Positions 25,973 to 36,296 of a stretch of DNA of 64,000 nucleotides are shown one piece after another. The translations under genes and the position numbers were made by a program. The notes under the pieces were generated by a model, which saw only the letters and a program-made list of their open reading frames with translations, searched no databases and was not told where the DNA came from. Source of the DNA: Thermoplasmatota archaeon (GTDB lineage: Archaea > Thermoplasmatota > Thermoplasmata > RBG-16-68-12 > JAGMCJ01); contig JAJISE010000004.1 in the NCBI GenBank assembly GCA_022848865.1, positions 1,887 through 65,886 of the forward strand. Reading direction: 5' to 3'. Within the stretch, counting starts at the first letter, position 1. Each line of letters begins with the position of its first letter.

Positions 25973-27709
25973 CTAATCCTCCATCGTGGACAGGTCGCCC
26001 GCCGGAAGTCCGAGCTCCCACGCCTTCAGGACGCGCCGCATGATCTTCCCGCTCCTCGTGACGGGCAGCTTGTCCTTGAACTCGATCTCGCGCGGGACGG
26101 CGTGGGCCGCCAGCCCTGTCTTGACGAACAGCGCTATCTCCTTCTTCAGCTTCTCGGAGGGCTTGTATCCCCTCCTCAGCTGAACGAACGCCTTGATGAT
26201 GTCGCCACGGATCGGATCGGGCTTCCCAATGACGCCCGCCACCGCGACGGCAGGATGCTCGATGAGCTTGCTCTCCACCTCAAAGGGACCGACGCGCTCG
26301 CCGGCGGTCTTGATGACATCGTCGATTCGACCCTGGAACCAGAAAAAGCCGTCCTTGTCCATGTATGCAGAGTCCCCGCTAAGGAACCAGGGGTCGTTCT
26401 CGAAGTAGGACTTGTACTTCTTCGGGTTCTTCCAGATTTTGCGCATCATGCCCGGCCAGCCCTTCTTGATGGCCAGATTGCCTATCTCGTTGGCCGGGAG
26501 AACGTTGCCATCGTTGTCGATGATCGCCGCCTCGACCCCCGGGAGCGGGCGTCCCATGGAACCCAGACGGACCTCCATCGTGGGGACGTTGGCGATGAGC
26601 ATGTGACCGGTCTCGGTCATCCACCAGTTCTCGTGTATGGTGCGACCGTCGTAGGCCTCCCATCCCCATCGGATGACCTCGGGGTTGAGCGGCTCGCCGA
26701 CGCTGACTATGTACCGCAGGCTCGAGAGGTCGTACTTCTTGGCGGTGTCAGTCCCGGCGGCCATGAGCAGCCTGAACGCCGTGGGGGCGCTGTACCAGAC
26801 CGTGATGCCGAGCTCCTCGATCGTCCAGTACCAGCTCTCGGGATTGAACCGACCGCCGCGGATGACGTTGGAGACGCCGTTCAGCCACGGGCCGAACATT
26901 CCGTACGAAGTTCCCGTCACCCACCCCGGGTCGGACGTGCACCAGTAGATGTCGTCCTCGTGAAGGTCGAGGACCCATCGAGCGGTCAGTAAGTGCCCGA
27001 CCATCGCGTTCTGGACGTGCAGGACGCCCTTGGGTTTGCCCGTCGAGCCGGACGTGTAGTGGAGAATGAGCGGGTCCTCCCGCTTGAGCCACTGGATCCT
27101 GTCGAGCTTCTTGGAGGCCGAGTCCATCTCCTCCTTCCAGCTTACCTCGCCCTCTTCGAGCTCGTCCTGGTCAGCATCTATCACGAAGACGTGCTTCAGC
27201 GCGGGAAGGTCCTTCTTCGGTATCCTGTCCTTCATGAAGCTGGCGGTGACTATGGCGACCGCAGCGCTGTCCTGCATCCTGTCGCGGATGGCGTCCGCCA
27301 TGAATGCCTCGAACAGCGGGCTGGGTATGGCGCCCACCTTGAGGATCCCGAAAATGCTGACGTACACCTCCGGCGAGCGGGGAGCGAACGTGAATACCCT
27401 GTCGCCCTTCTTGACGCCGTACTTGCGGAGGACATTGGCGAACCTGTTGGAGAGGAACATCATCTCCTGGAACGTGTACTTCTCGTACCTCTCGTCGTCG
27501 ATGTAGTAGAGGGCGACCTTGTTCTTGCGCCACGTCTCGACGTGCCTGTCTATGGCCTCGTGGGCCATGTTCACCTTTCCAGTCTTGTGCCAATCGAACT
27601 CCTTCTCCCAGTCCGCCCACTTGAAGCCTTTGACGGCCTCCTCGTACAGCTTCATGTTGGGCTCTTCTTCGAAGGTCTTCTTTCGGAACTCAAGCTTCCT
27701 CTTCGGCAT
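25973..27709 (-). CDS. acs: acetyl-CoA synthetase / AMP-forming acyl-CoA ligase (about 578 aa)
   Basis: AMP-binding motifs [12 protein letters not shown], ..WWMTETG.., C-terminal [16 protein letters not shown] ... SGKIMRR. Start MPKRK at 27709; alternative M at 27742. Confidence 0.8.
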   Translation of the reverse strand: MPKRKLEFRKKTFEEEPNMKLYEEAVKGFKWADWEKEFDWHKTGKVNMAHEAIDRHVETWRKNKVALYYIDDERYEKYTFQEMMFLSNRFANVLRKYGVKKGDRVFTFAPRSPEVYVSIFGILKVGAIPSPLFEAFMADAIRDRMQDSAAVAIVTASFMKDRIPKKDLPALKHVFVIDADQDELEEGEVSWKEEMDSASKKLDRIQWLKREDPLILHYTSGSTGKPKGVLHVQNAMVGHLLTARWVLDLHEDDIYWCTSDPGWVTGTSYGMFGPWLNGVSNVIRGGRFNPESWYWTIEELGITVWYSAPTAFRLLMAAGTDTAKKYDLSSLRYIVSVGEPLNPEVIRWGWEAYDGRTIHENWWMTETGHMLIANVPTMEVRLGSMGRPLPGVEAAIIDNDGNVLPANEIGNLAIKKGWPGMMRKIWKNPKKYKSYFENDPWFLSGDSAYMDKDGFFWFQGRIDDVIKTAGERVGPFEVESKLIEHPAVAVAGVIGKPDPIRGDIIKAFVQLRRGYKPSEKLKKEIALFVKTGLAAHAVPREIEFKDKLPVTRSGKIMRRVLKAWELGLPAGDLSTMED

Positions 27710-27884
27710 AGGGCTCACCAATTCTTCGTCGTTCCCCCGCACCGCGGATTGGACCGCCAGGGGAACCCCCGTTGAGGGGATTCACTACTATTTCGCATCG
27801 CACTATTAACCTTTGCATCGGGAGACTGCGGGCTCCTCGGTTCGAACGACCACCCGTCCCCGCAACAGGCACTGCCGATGCCGG

Positions 27885-28148
27885 CTATTCCTTCCCGCCC
27901 CAGCGGCTGATCATGATGATCAGGATTATCATCACGAACGTAAGTATGAGCGCCGTGACCATGAAGTATATCCAGCCCGCCAGGTCAGGTGTCGCCGCCA
28001 GGTCGATCCCCGCCAAAGCGAAGCCGCTCATCACGACCTCCTTCCATACGAGAGCGATCACGAAGCCGAACGCCGCAGCCAGGGAAGCCGCTATGGTGAC
28101 CCGCACCTCCCTGACCGTCAACTTCCTCTCATCTTCATCCTCATCCAT
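27885..28148 (-). CDS. hypothetical small membrane protein (87 aa)
   Basis: Acidic N-terminus then two hydrophobic helices; weak call. Confidence 0.25.
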   Translation of the reverse strand: MDEDEDERKLTVREVRVTIAASLAAAFGFVIALVWKEVVMSGFALAGIDLAATPDLAGWIYFMVTALILTFVMIILIIMISRWGGKE

Positions 28149-28230
28149 TCAAAGCACCTCTGAGCCCTGGGAAGGTCTGCCCAATGATAAGGCTTTTTAA
28201 CCCGCCCCCGATGCCTACGACGATAGCCGT

Positions 28231-28569
28231 ATGACCCTTCTGGAAGAGGACAAGATCGAGAGGACAATCAAGAAGGTTCCGAAAGAGTCGTTCACGGTCC
28301 TCGACTTCATGGACGTGTTCCAGGGGCTCTATCCAGAGGATTGGGAACGCTTGGTCCAGCGGTTTGGCGAATATGGCGAAAAGAAGGGCTACACGGTGAC
28401 GACCTACCTCTCGAACAGGCTCGATCTCTATTCTCAGAAGTCTAACTCGATGCTTCGTCCCCTGGTGCGGTACAGCGAAGACAGGTCAAAGGACTACAGG
28501 AGAACGACTGGGAATGAGCGGGAGCACTTCGGCAGTCCTTGGATTGCCGTTTTCAAGAAGAAGTCCTAG
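28231..28569 (+). CDS. hypothetical protein (112 aa) in a lower-GC islet
   Basis: Protein-like composition (MTLLEEDKIERTIKKVPKESFTVLDFMDVFQGLYPEDWERLVQRFGEYGEKKGY..); TATA-like CTTTTTAA upstream; GC clearly lower than the surroundings. Confidence 0.4.
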   Translation: MTLLEEDKIERTIKKVPKESFTVLDFMDVFQGLYPEDWERLVQRFGEYGEKKGYTVTTYLSNRLDLYSQKSNSMLRPLVRYSEDRSKDYRRTTGNEREHFGSPWIAVFKKKS

Positions 28570-29342
28570 CCCTGTGGAGCGCCGCAGACGTGGCAGAACT
28601 TGACGCCGGGTTGGAGAGGTGCTCTGCAATTCCGGCACTGGGGCTGTGCGGGTGGCTGGGGCTGTGCCGGCGCGGGTTGTGGCGGTTGCTGATAAGGAGC
28701 GGGCTGGGGCTGGGGATGCTGTCCATAAGTGGGCGGGGGAGCCCGGTATGCCGTGGCAGGCATCGGCTGCGTCGTCTGTCCCATACGCCGATACTCGTAC
28801 CAGAGTACTGTGGCGGAGACCAGACCGCCGAAGAACCCGCCGTAGAAGCCAACATCGAGCCAATTGTTTGTGAGGTCCCAGGTCGCTGCGATGAGAATGA
28901 TGCCGCCAAGGAGGGCTACTATGAAGACGACCATCGCTGCGATAGAGCCCCTTAGAATCAACGAGCGAGAGACGGGCTTCTGAAGCGCTTGAACGGAAAC
29001 GAAGGCCGAATAGAAGAGCAGAATCGCCATCGGGAGAATCAGCACTATGGCAACGGAGCCTATGTTGATCCAGACCGTCTCTTCGATGTAGGTGCCGTAG
29101 TTGTACCACCCGCCGAAGTCTCCGACCAGCAGCATGATCGCGCCTACGAGACTGAATATCACCGGAATCACCAAGAGCATGGGTTTCTCATACGCCGAAG
29201 CGTACGGAGCTGCCACCGGGGCGACCGGGGCTGGTTGGGGATAAGCGCTCTCTGGCGTCGCTTGTCCAGCAAACGGGCTTCCGCACTTCAAACAGAACTT
29301 GTCCCCTTCCCTGATTGGCGCTCCACAATTCGTGCAGTTCAT
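28566..29342 (-). CDS. membrane protein with N- and C-terminal zinc-ribbon motifs and a Pro/Gln-rich linker
   Basis: MNCTNCGAPIREGDKFCLKCGSPF ... four TM helices ... CRNCRAPLQPGVKFCHVCGAPQG. Confidence 0.5.
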   Translation of the reverse strand: MNCTNCGAPIREGDKFCLKCGSPFAGQATPESAYPQPAPVAPVAAPYASAYEKPMLLVIPVIFSLVGAIMLLVGDFGGWYNYGTYIEETVWINIGSVAIVLILPMAILLFYSAFVSVQALQKPVSRSLILRGSIAAMVVFIVALLGGIILIAATWDLTNNWLDVGFYGGFFGGLVSATVLWYEYRRMGQTTQPMPATAYRAPPPTYGQHPQPQPAPYQQPPQPAPAQPQPPAQPQCRNCRAPLQPGVKFCHVCGAPQG

Positions 29343-29485
29343 CCTGACCCTCCTCTGCGTTCATCATAAGCTCGTTATATTAATCTTTCTTGGGGGAGAA
29401 ACATGCAGGACTGGATTGATGTCCACCCGTGTGGGCAAAGGACTTGTACGGATGCGCTCATTGCACAGCAACCGGAGGAGTGATT

Positions 29486-29758
29486 ATGGAGAAGAAGAAG
29501 TCCGAGAGAGCGAAGGACATTGCCGGGATCTTGGGAATCGGGATGATGTTTGCCACAGCGCTCATGACGATAATCACGTGGCTGACTGCTTGGTGGAACG
29601 GCATGTCGACGGGATCCTTCACGGTGCTCGTGAACATAAACTCAATCGGGGAGATGTTCGCCGAGTTCTGGCTCATTTGGATCGTTCTAGGATTCTCCCT
29701 TTGGGGCATCTACTGGTACATGCACGAAGCTATGCTCGAGAAGGAAGAGGTGGAGTAG
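29486..29758 (+). CDS. hypothetical small membrane protein (90 aa)
   Basis: ATG 7 nt after a GGAGGAGTGA SD-like motif; two TM helices. Confidence 0.4.
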   Translation: MEKKKSERAKDIAGILGIGMMFATALMTIITWLTAWWNGMSTGSFTVLVNINSIGEMFAEFWLIWIVLGFSLWGIYWYMHEAMLEKEEVE

Positions 29759-29823
29759 CCTCCCGTTTCCTGACAAAACCTTTATAGACTGGACTACCGT
29801 ATTCGGCGTACCAGGTCGATATC

Positions 29824-30507
29824 ATGATGTTCGTTGTTAGGCTCCATCCGAGATGCGAGATAGAGAGTGTGTGGAACTGGGTCGACAAGGCGTTCAGCGG
29901 CAAGAAGTCAGGTGACGTCGTTCCCCTGTACGTGTCGCAGAGAGAGGACCAGCACTACGTGGACACAATCCTGGAGGCCAAGGACGTAGAGGTCCTTGCG
30001 GAATTCCTCATCAAGCATATCCCGAAGTGCAGAGAGATAGACGACACGAGGACCGTCACGATCATGAAGCCCGCCTTCTATCCCGTTCCCGCGAGAGCGG
30101 GCAAGGACGTGAAGAGGTTCGCGATCTCCATCTCGGTCGACCCGCGCAACTATCGAACGGTCTATGACAGACTGCTCAAGATGAAGGTTCCGGAGGGCGT
30201 CTACCTGAACTACGTCGCATACGAGTTCGGCGACGACGACATTGTCATCTCCTCCCTCGCGAAGGACTGGACGACCATACGGAAGTTCGTGCGGGAGATG
30301 ATACGGAACCTGCCCGGGGTCACCTCCGCGAAGCCTCACCTCATATGTCGGTCCAAGCGCTTGGCCTCGAAGCCCGTGTGGACAAAGCACCAGAAGAAGT
30401 ATTCGGTCGAGAAGATGACCGGTGTCGCTCCCGAGGACAAGTGGGAGTACGACTGGACGTTCATCGACGAATGCGTCGTCTCGGGAGCTCTTCCGGACGA
30501 GGTCTAG
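29824..30507 (+). CDS. hypothetical protein with two tandem RAM/ACT-like (Lrp/AsnC C-terminal-type) domains, no HTH
   Basis: Two repeats matching the ..Y(V/A)xxxxDxxxVxxLAxD..IRKFV/AEFLIKHIP.. pattern of AsnC-type ligand-binding domains; by similarity only. Confidence 0.35.
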   Translation: MMFVVRLHPRCEIESVWNWVDKAFSGKKSGDVVPLYVSQREDQHYVDTILEAKDVEVLAEFLIKHIPKCREIDDTRTVTIMKPAFYPVPARAGKDVKRFAISISVDPRNYRTVYDRLLKMKVPEGVYLNYVAYEFGDDDIVISSLAKDWTTIRKFVREMIRNLPGVTSAKPHLICRSKRLASKPVWTKHQKKYSVEKMTGVAPEDKWEYDWTFIDECVVSGALPDEV

Positions 30508-31394
30508 TCCTCGATCCCGTGGGCGAGCTTGGCGGCCCTGACAGTGTTCTTCATAAGCATCGTGATGGTCATCGGACCGACCCCGCCTGGCACGGGCGAT
30601 ATCGCGGCGGCCTTCTCCTTGATACCTTCGAAGTCCACGTCGCCGACGAGCCTGTAGCCCCTCTTCTTCGTCGGGTCGTCCACGCGGTTGACGCCGACGT
30701 CTATGACGACAACGCCCTCCTTGACCATGTCCGCCGTGACAGTGTTCGGCCAGCCAGTGGCGGCGATGACTATGTCCGCCTCTCTCGTGAACTTGGCGAT
30801 GTCATCCGTTCCCGTGTGGCATATTGTGACCGTCGCGTTCGCCCCGTCCTTCTTCTGCAGAAGTATGTTGGCGATAGGCTTCCCGACGATGTTGCTCCTT
30901 CCAACGACGACGACGTGCTTTCGTCCGGGGTCGTTCCCGCTGCGGATTAGCATCTCCTGGATCCCGTTCGGCGTGCACGGAAGGAAGAACGGGTCCCCGA
31001 TCATCAGCTTGCCCACGTTGACGGGATGGAACCCATCGACGTCCTTCATCGGATCGATCGCGTACAGGACTTTGCTCTCGTTGATGTGCTTCGGAAGCGG
31101 CAGCTGCACGAGTATGCCGTGGTACGCGGGGTCCTTGTTGAACTTGTCCACCAGGGCAAGCAGCTCCTCCTCCGAGGTATCGGCGGACAGCGTCTCCGTG
31201 ACCTCGTGGATGCCCAGCTTCTCGCAGGCCTTCCCCTTGTTGCGAACGTAGACCTGTGATGCGGGATCCTCCCCGACCAGGATAACCGCCAGACCGGGGG
31301 TTATGCCTTTCTCCTTCAGCTGATCGACCTCATCCTTGAGCTCAGCTCTTAGCTCCTTCGCAAGCTCCTTTCCGCTAATTATCTGCGCAGTCAT
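30504..31394 (-). CDS. folD: bifunctional 5,10-methylene-tetrahydrofolate dehydrogenase / methenyl-THF cyclohydrolase
   Basis: ISGKELAKELRAELK..., ..GRSNIVGKPIA.., ..PVPGGVGPMTI.. (FolD hallmarks). Confidence 0.9.
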   Translation of the reverse strand: MTAQIISGKELAKELRAELKDEVDQLKEKGITPGLAVILVGEDPASQVYVRNKGKACEKLGIHEVTETLSADTSEEELLALVDKFNKDPAYHGILVQLPLPKHINESKVLYAIDPMKDVDGFHPVNVGKLMIGDPFFLPCTPNGIQEMLIRSGNDPGRKHVVVVGRSNIVGKPIANILLQKKDGANATVTICHTGTDDIAKFTREADIVIAATGWPNTVTADMVKEGVVVIDVGVNRVDDPTKKRGYRLVGDVDFEGIKEKAAAISPVPGGVGPMTITMLMKNTVRAAKLAHGIED

Positions 31395-31610
31395 TCAACT
31401 CCTCCCTTATCTCGATAGTTCAAACGATTTCCCTCTGTCTTCTTTCTCTTTTCACGAGGGTTGCAGTAGTGGAATCTTGAGGGCGTACTTAATCCTTATT
31501 GTTGGCTCCCTGCCAGTGCGTTTTGGGCGGACATCGACAATTGCACAAGGTTTTTAAGACGCAGCGGATATCCTCCCGCACCATTTGGGGGTGAGAAACT
31601 GAAGTCCGAT

Positions 31611-33317
31611 TTGGAGATTGCTCAAGCAGCGACGATGAAGCCTATTGTGGAGATCGCGAAGGCTATAGGCCTGGAAGAGGATGAGATAGAGCTGTACGGG
31701 AAGTACAAGGCGAAGATCAAGCTGGAGGTCATGGAGAGGATCAAGGGCAACCCTGACGGGAAGCTCATCGACGTGACAGCCATCACGCCCACACCGCTCG
31801 GTGAGGGAAAGACGGTCACTCTGATAGGGGTCTCACAGGCTCTCGCCAAGCTGGGCAAGAGCGTGATAACGACCATACGGGAACCTTCCATGGGTCCCAC
31901 GTTCGGAATCAAGGGCGGCGCCGCAGGAGGCGGATACTCCCAGGTCGTGCCCATGGAGGACATAAACCTGCACTTCACGGGAGACATTCATGCAATAGGG
32001 GCCGCGAACAACCTGCTGGCGGCGATGCTGGACAATCAGATGTTCCACCCGACGTTCAGGAGGAAGAACCCGCTGAACATCGATCCGTCAACGATATCGT
32101 GGAACAGAGTCGTGGACCTCAACGATTCGGCTCTGACGAACGTCACAATCGGCACGGTCTCCAAAAAGGATATCGAGGGCTATCCAAGAGACACAGGTTA
32201 CGACATAACAGTAGCGTCAGAGGTCATGGCCATCATGGCGCTGGCATCGGACCTGAATGACCTCAGGAAGCGCCTCGGAAGGATCGTCGTGGCACTGACG
32301 AAGGACGGAAAGCCCGTCACGGCCGAGGATTTCAAGGCCGCCGGTGTCGTGACCGTGGTCCTGAAGGACGCCCTGAAGCCCAATCTCATCCAGACCCTGG
32401 AGAACACGCCCGCGATAATGCACTGCGGGCCGTTCGCGAACATCGCCCAGGGGAACAACTCGATCATCGCGGACAAGATAGCTCTCAAGCTCGCGGACTA
32501 TGTGATCACAGAGAGCGGTTTCGGAGCCGACTGCGGCGCGGAGAAGTTCCTGAACATCAAGTGCAGGGTCGCCGGCTACAAGCCCAACTGCGTGATTCTG
32601 GTCGCGACGATAAGGGCACTGAAGCTGCACGGTGACGCCTTCGATTTCCCGCCGGGCAAGACACCGCCCAAGGAAGTCCTCGAGGCGGAGAACGTAGAGG
32701 CCGTGGAGAAGGGCAGCGTGAACATGATCAAGCACATAGAGAACCTCAAGAAGTTCGGCGTGCCTGTGGTGGTCGCGGTCAACAGGTTCGCCTCGGACAC
32801 GGACGCCGAGGTGGATGCCGTGGTGAGGATCGCCAAGGAGAACGGTGCGGACTTCGCTGTGGATGGCGACTTCCACGCGCGAGGCGGTGATGGTGCCATC
32901 AAGATCGCGGAGGCAGTGGTCGCTGCATGTGACATGCCCAGCGACTTCAAGCTCCTGTACCCGGATGACATGCCCATCGCGGAGAAGATAGAGACGATCG
33001 CGAAGGAGATATACGGTGCAGATGGCGTGGAGTTCTCGGAGGAGGCGCAGAGGAAGATCGAGCTGTTCACGAAATACGGCTACGACAACCTGCCCATTTG
33101 CATGGCGAAGACGCACCTGTCCATATCGCACGATCCCAAGCTGAAGGGGCGCCCGTCGGGATTCATGCTGCCCGTCAGGGACATCAAGCCCTCCATCGGC
33201 GCAGGCTTCCTCTATCCGCTATGCGGTGAGATGAGGACCATGCCAGGGATGCCATCGGTTCCCGCATCGGAGGCCGTGGACATAGACGAGACCGGAAAGA
33301 CGGTCGGTCTGTTCTAG
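31611..33317 (+). CDS. fhs: formate-tetrahydrofolate ligase (formyl-THF synthetase), 568 aa
   Basis: ..DIEIAQAA..ELYGKYKAKI.., PTPLGEGKTVTLIGVSQALAKLGK, full-length FTHFS similarity. TTG start; TATA-like TTTTTAAG about 55 bp upstream. Confidence 0.9.
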   Translation: MEIAQAATMKPIVEIAKAIGLEEDEIELYGKYKAKIKLEVMERIKGNPDGKLIDVTAITPTPLGEGKTVTLIGVSQALAKLGKSVITTIREPSMGPTFGIKGGAAGGGYSQVVPMEDINLHFTGDIHAIGAANNLLAAMLDNQMFHPTFRRKNPLNIDPSTISWNRVVDLNDSALTNVTIGTVSKKDIEGYPRDTGYDITVASEVMAIMALASDLNDLRKRLGRIVVALTKDGKPVTAEDFKAAGVVTVVLKDALKPNLIQTLENTPAIMHCGPFANIAQGNNSIIADKIALKLADYVITESGFGADCGAEKFLNIKCRVAGYKPNCVILVATIRALKLHGDAFDFPPGKTPPKEVLEAENVEAVEKGSVNMIKHIENLKKFGVPVVVAVNRFASDTDAEVDAVVRIAKENGADFAVDGDFHARGGDGAIKIAEAVVAACDMPSDFKLLYPDDMPIAEKIETIAKEIYGADGVEFSEEAQRKIELFTKYGYDNLPICMAKTHLSISHDPKLKGRPSGFMLPVRDIKPSIGAGFLYPLCGEMRTMPGMPSVPASEAVDIDETGKTVGLF

Positions 33318-33553
33318 GGCTTCCCCTCTCCCTCGAGCACCTGCCACAGTCTTCCTGAGAGAATGTGAGGACCAGTCCTGGTCTTGGCCCAGAAGCGTCC
33401 CGTCTGTCGAACTCCCGCCGAAGGTTCTCTACCCGCTCGACAGCGACCGTCGCCATTGACAGAGAATGCCCGCGGGATCACTATTCGCCTTCCTTTCGGG
33501 ACCCGAAACCAAAAGAATTAACAGTCCGCATACTGTTTTCCCTCCGGGATACT

Positions 33554-34885
33554 ATGAAGGTTCTTGCTGTGGGAGGAGGCGCGAGAGAACACGCGATTGT
33601 GAAGTCTCTGGTGAAGGACGGCGCGAAGGTCTTTACGGTGATGAAGAACAAGAACCCGGGCCTTGCCAGAGCCTCCGAGGAGATTCTTCTCGCGAACGAG
33701 ATGGACATCGAGAAGGTCGCGGGGTGGGGAAAGAGCAAAGGCGTCGATTTCGCCGTTGTGGGCCCCGAGGCACCCCTGGGCGAGGGGATTGTCGATGAGC
33801 TGGCCAGGCACGAGATCCCTGCGGTCGGCCCGACGAAGTTCGCGGCGCAGCTCGAAATCTCGAAGGAGTTCTGCAGAGACCTGCTGCGGGAGCACAAGAT
33901 CCCCGGCTCGATCGACTACTGGGTGTTCGACAACGTTCCCGACCTGAAGGCCCTGCTGAAGGACTACGACAAAGACGTGGTGATGAAGCCCATCGGACTG
34001 ACAGGCGGGAAAGGCGTCAAGGTCATGGGCGAGCACCTCATGACGCATGAGGACGTTCTCAACTACGCTCAGCAGATAATCGACAACAAGATCGGCGGGA
34101 GCTCCCGCTTCGTCGTCGAGGAAAAGATCGTGGGCGAGGAGTTCACCCTCCAGGCGTTCGCGGACGGCAGGCGGGTCGTGCCGATGCCCTCGGTCATGGA
34201 CCACAAGAGGGCGTATGAGGGAGACACGGGCCCGAACACCGGCGGCATGGGCTCCTACTCGATGAAGAACGGGCTGCCGCAGTTCGCGACATTCGAGGAG
34301 GTCGAGGAAGCAGTTGGCATAATGCAGCAGACGGTGGACGCAATGCGCGCGATTGAGCACCCGTTCCACGGAACCCTCTACGGGGGGTTCATACTCACAA
34401 AGGAGGGACCAAGGATACTGGAGTACAACGTTCGCTTCGGCGACCCCGAGGCGATGAACGTTCTTCCACTGCTGGAGGAGAACTTCGTTGACCTGTGCGG
34501 TCAGATCATGGACTCGTCGCTGCCCTCCGCGGTCAAGTTCGCCGAGAAGGCGACCGTGTGCAAGTACGTGACCCCGGTGGGGTACGGCGTCAAGTCCCAG
34601 GCGGGCGAGAAGGTGTTCGTAGATGAAGCCAAGATCTGCCAGACTGGCGCGGAGCTGTACTACGCGTCCGTCGACGAGAGGGACAGCGACATCTACACGA
34701 CGACATCGCGCTCTCTGGCCATCGTCGGAATCGACGAGGACATTGCGGAGGCCGAGCGCATGAGCGAGAGCGCCCTCCAGTACGTGAGCGGGAAGGTCTT
34801 CATGCGCCACGACATAGGGAAGCCCGACCCCATAGAGAAGAGAATCAGACGGATGGAAGCCATACGAAGAGGTGAGATAGGATAG
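33554..34885 (+). CDS. purD: phosphoribosylamine-glycine ligase
   Basis: MKVLAVGGGAREHAIV..., ATP-grasp motifs, ..ILEYNVRFGDPE... Confidence 0.9.
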   Translation: MKVLAVGGGAREHAIVKSLVKDGAKVFTVMKNKNPGLARASEEILLANEMDIEKVAGWGKSKGVDFAVVGPEAPLGEGIVDELARHEIPAVGPTKFAAQLEISKEFCRDLLREHKIPGSIDYWVFDNVPDLKALLKDYDKDVVMKPIGLTGGKGVKVMGEHLMTHEDVLNYAQQIIDNKIGGSSRFVVEEKIVGEEFTLQAFADGRRVVPMPSVMDHKRAYEGDTGPNTGGMGSYSMKNGLPQFATFEEVEEAVGIMQQTVDAMRAIEHPFHGTLYGGFILTKEGPRILEYNVRFGDPEAMNVLPLLEENFVDLCGQIMDSSLPSAVKFAEKATVCKYVTPVGYGVKSQAGEKVFVDEAKICQTGAELYYASVDERDSDIYTTTSRSLAIVGIDEDIAEAERMSESALQYVSGKVFMRHDIGKPDPIEKRIRRMEAIRRGEIG

Positions 34886-35964
34886 ACGTAGTTGCCCTTA
34901 CCAAGAGACTCGTCACGATACCCAGCGTCTTCGGTCGTGAGTGGGAGATAGGCGAGTTCATAGCCTCCTACTTCAAGGACGAGGAGCTGGAGAGGCAGAA
35001 GGTCCACGGCTACCCGCCAAACATCATCATCAGGCGCGATGTCGATGAGAGCCGCCCGACGATCCTGCTGAACGGGCACATGGACACGGTCGAGCCCTCG
35101 TTCGAGTGGACCAAGGCTCCCTTTTCGGCCACCGTCGAGGGGGACAGGCTCTACGGGCTGGGAGCCTCGGACATGAAGGGCGGTCTGGCCGTGCTGATGG
35201 ACGCATTCAGGACCGTCACGTCGCCCAGGTCGAACGTGATCCTGTCATTAGTGGTCGACGAGGAAGGCGTCTCTACCGGAGCCTACAAGCTCCTGAAGGA
35301 AGTGAAGGCCGATGTGTGCCTTGTCACGGAGCCCAGCAACGGGAGGACGATCCTCGGCAGCAGGGGGAGATATGCCCTGGAAATCGAGCTCTTCGGCAAG
35401 AAGATGCACGGGTCCAGGCCCGAGGAGGGAGTCAACGCGGTCGCCGAGATGTCCCGCGTGCTGGACGCTCTGGACGAGATCCAACTCGGTAGCCATGACA
35501 AGCTGGGGAAGGCGTCTCTGGCCCCGCTCAAGATCCGGGGTGGCGGGGACTCCCTTTCCATTCCGGACTACTGCAACCTGCTCGTGGACCGTCACATAGT
35601 CCCAGGTGAGAACGGGGAGGATGTGATGCGAGCGTTCGAGGAGAAGATGGGCTCCCTGGGGCTCAGGTGCCGCCACAAGATCTCCTGGATGAAGAGGAGC
35701 ACGCCGTTCCTGGAACCATATGTCCTGAGTCGCAGCAACGAACAGGTCATGAGGTTCGCGCAGGTCCATGAGGAGCACTTCGGGAGGCCGCCCGAGTTCG
35801 AGTACGCTAGCGGACCGGGTGACTACAACATCTTCGCGACGAAGATCCCCACGCTGGTTCTAGGACCCGCGGGCGGGAACTGGCACCAGCCCGATGAGTA
35901 TGTGGAGGTCGAGTCGTTGAACGCGTGCAGGGACTTCTATGTGCATCTCCTCGAATCCTTCTAG
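34885..35964 (+). CDS. M20-family metallopeptidase (ArgE/DapE-like deacylase); N-terminal about 65 codons lack a canonical start codon
   Basis: Continuous frame from 34876 (after TGA) reads DVVALTKRLVTIPSVFGREWEIGEFIASYF..NGHMDTV.. (M20 N-terminal signature), but has no ATG/GTG/TTG before the ATG at 35080. ..GASDMKGG.. and later His/Glu metal ligands are present. Confidence 0.6.
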   Translation, partial: DVVALTKRLVTIPSVFGREWEIGEFIASYFKDEELERQKVHGYPPNIIIRRDVDESRPTILLNGHMDTVEPSFEWTKAPFSATVEGDRLYGLGASDMKGGLAVLMDAFRTVTSPRSNVILSLVVDEEGVSTGAYKLLKEVKADVCLVTEPSNGRTILGSRGRYALEIELFGKKMHGSRPEEGVNAVAEMSRVLDALDEIQLGSHDKLGKASLAPLKIRGGGDSLSIPDYCNLLVDRHIVPGENGEDVMRAFEEKMGSLGLRCRHKISWMKRSTPFLEPYVLSRSNEQVMRFAQVHEEHFGRPPEFEYASGPGDYNIFATKIPTLVLGPAGGNWHQPDEYVEVESLNACRDFYVHLLESF

Positions 35965-35987
35965 CGGGAACGCGACGGTGTCGTGAT

Positions 35988-36296
35988 ATGGAACTCACAC
36001 TGATCTGGCTCATAATCGGCGGGGCGCTGATAGGGACATCCGTGGCCGTCATGGCGCTCTTCAAGAAGGCGGGCTCTTGGCCTATGGTCTTACTCTTCAT
36101 GGGACTCGCCTTCGTGATTCTCTACCTCGAGCCCCTCAAAGCCCCCGCGAATCTGGCGCTCCTCTGCGTCCTCGCGATTCTGAATGCGATATGGATGGGC
36201 GTCCTTGCTCACAAGGTCATACCGCGATTCTCGGTCCTGGTAGGGATGCTGGGCGGCGTGATGACGCTTCTCCTCGCTTTCCTCATCAGTTTCTGA
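35988..36296 (+). CDS. hypothetical small membrane protein (102 aa, 3 TM)
   Basis: MELTLIWLIIGGALIGTSVAVMALF..., hydrophobic throughout. Confidence 0.4.
   Translation: MELTLIWLIIGGALIGTSVAVMALFKKAGSWPMVLLFMGLAFVILYLEPLKAPANLALLCVLAILNAIWMGVLAHKVIPRFSVLVGMLGGVMTLLLAFLISF

Noticed and set aside
27780-27880. Possible tRNA (ggttcgaac T-loop-like string near 27832)
   Set aside because: No acceptor-stem complementarity, no D-loop or anticodon-arm structure around it; the motif deviates from GGTTCGAATCC. No other tRNA-like or rRNA-like segments were recognised in intergenic regions.
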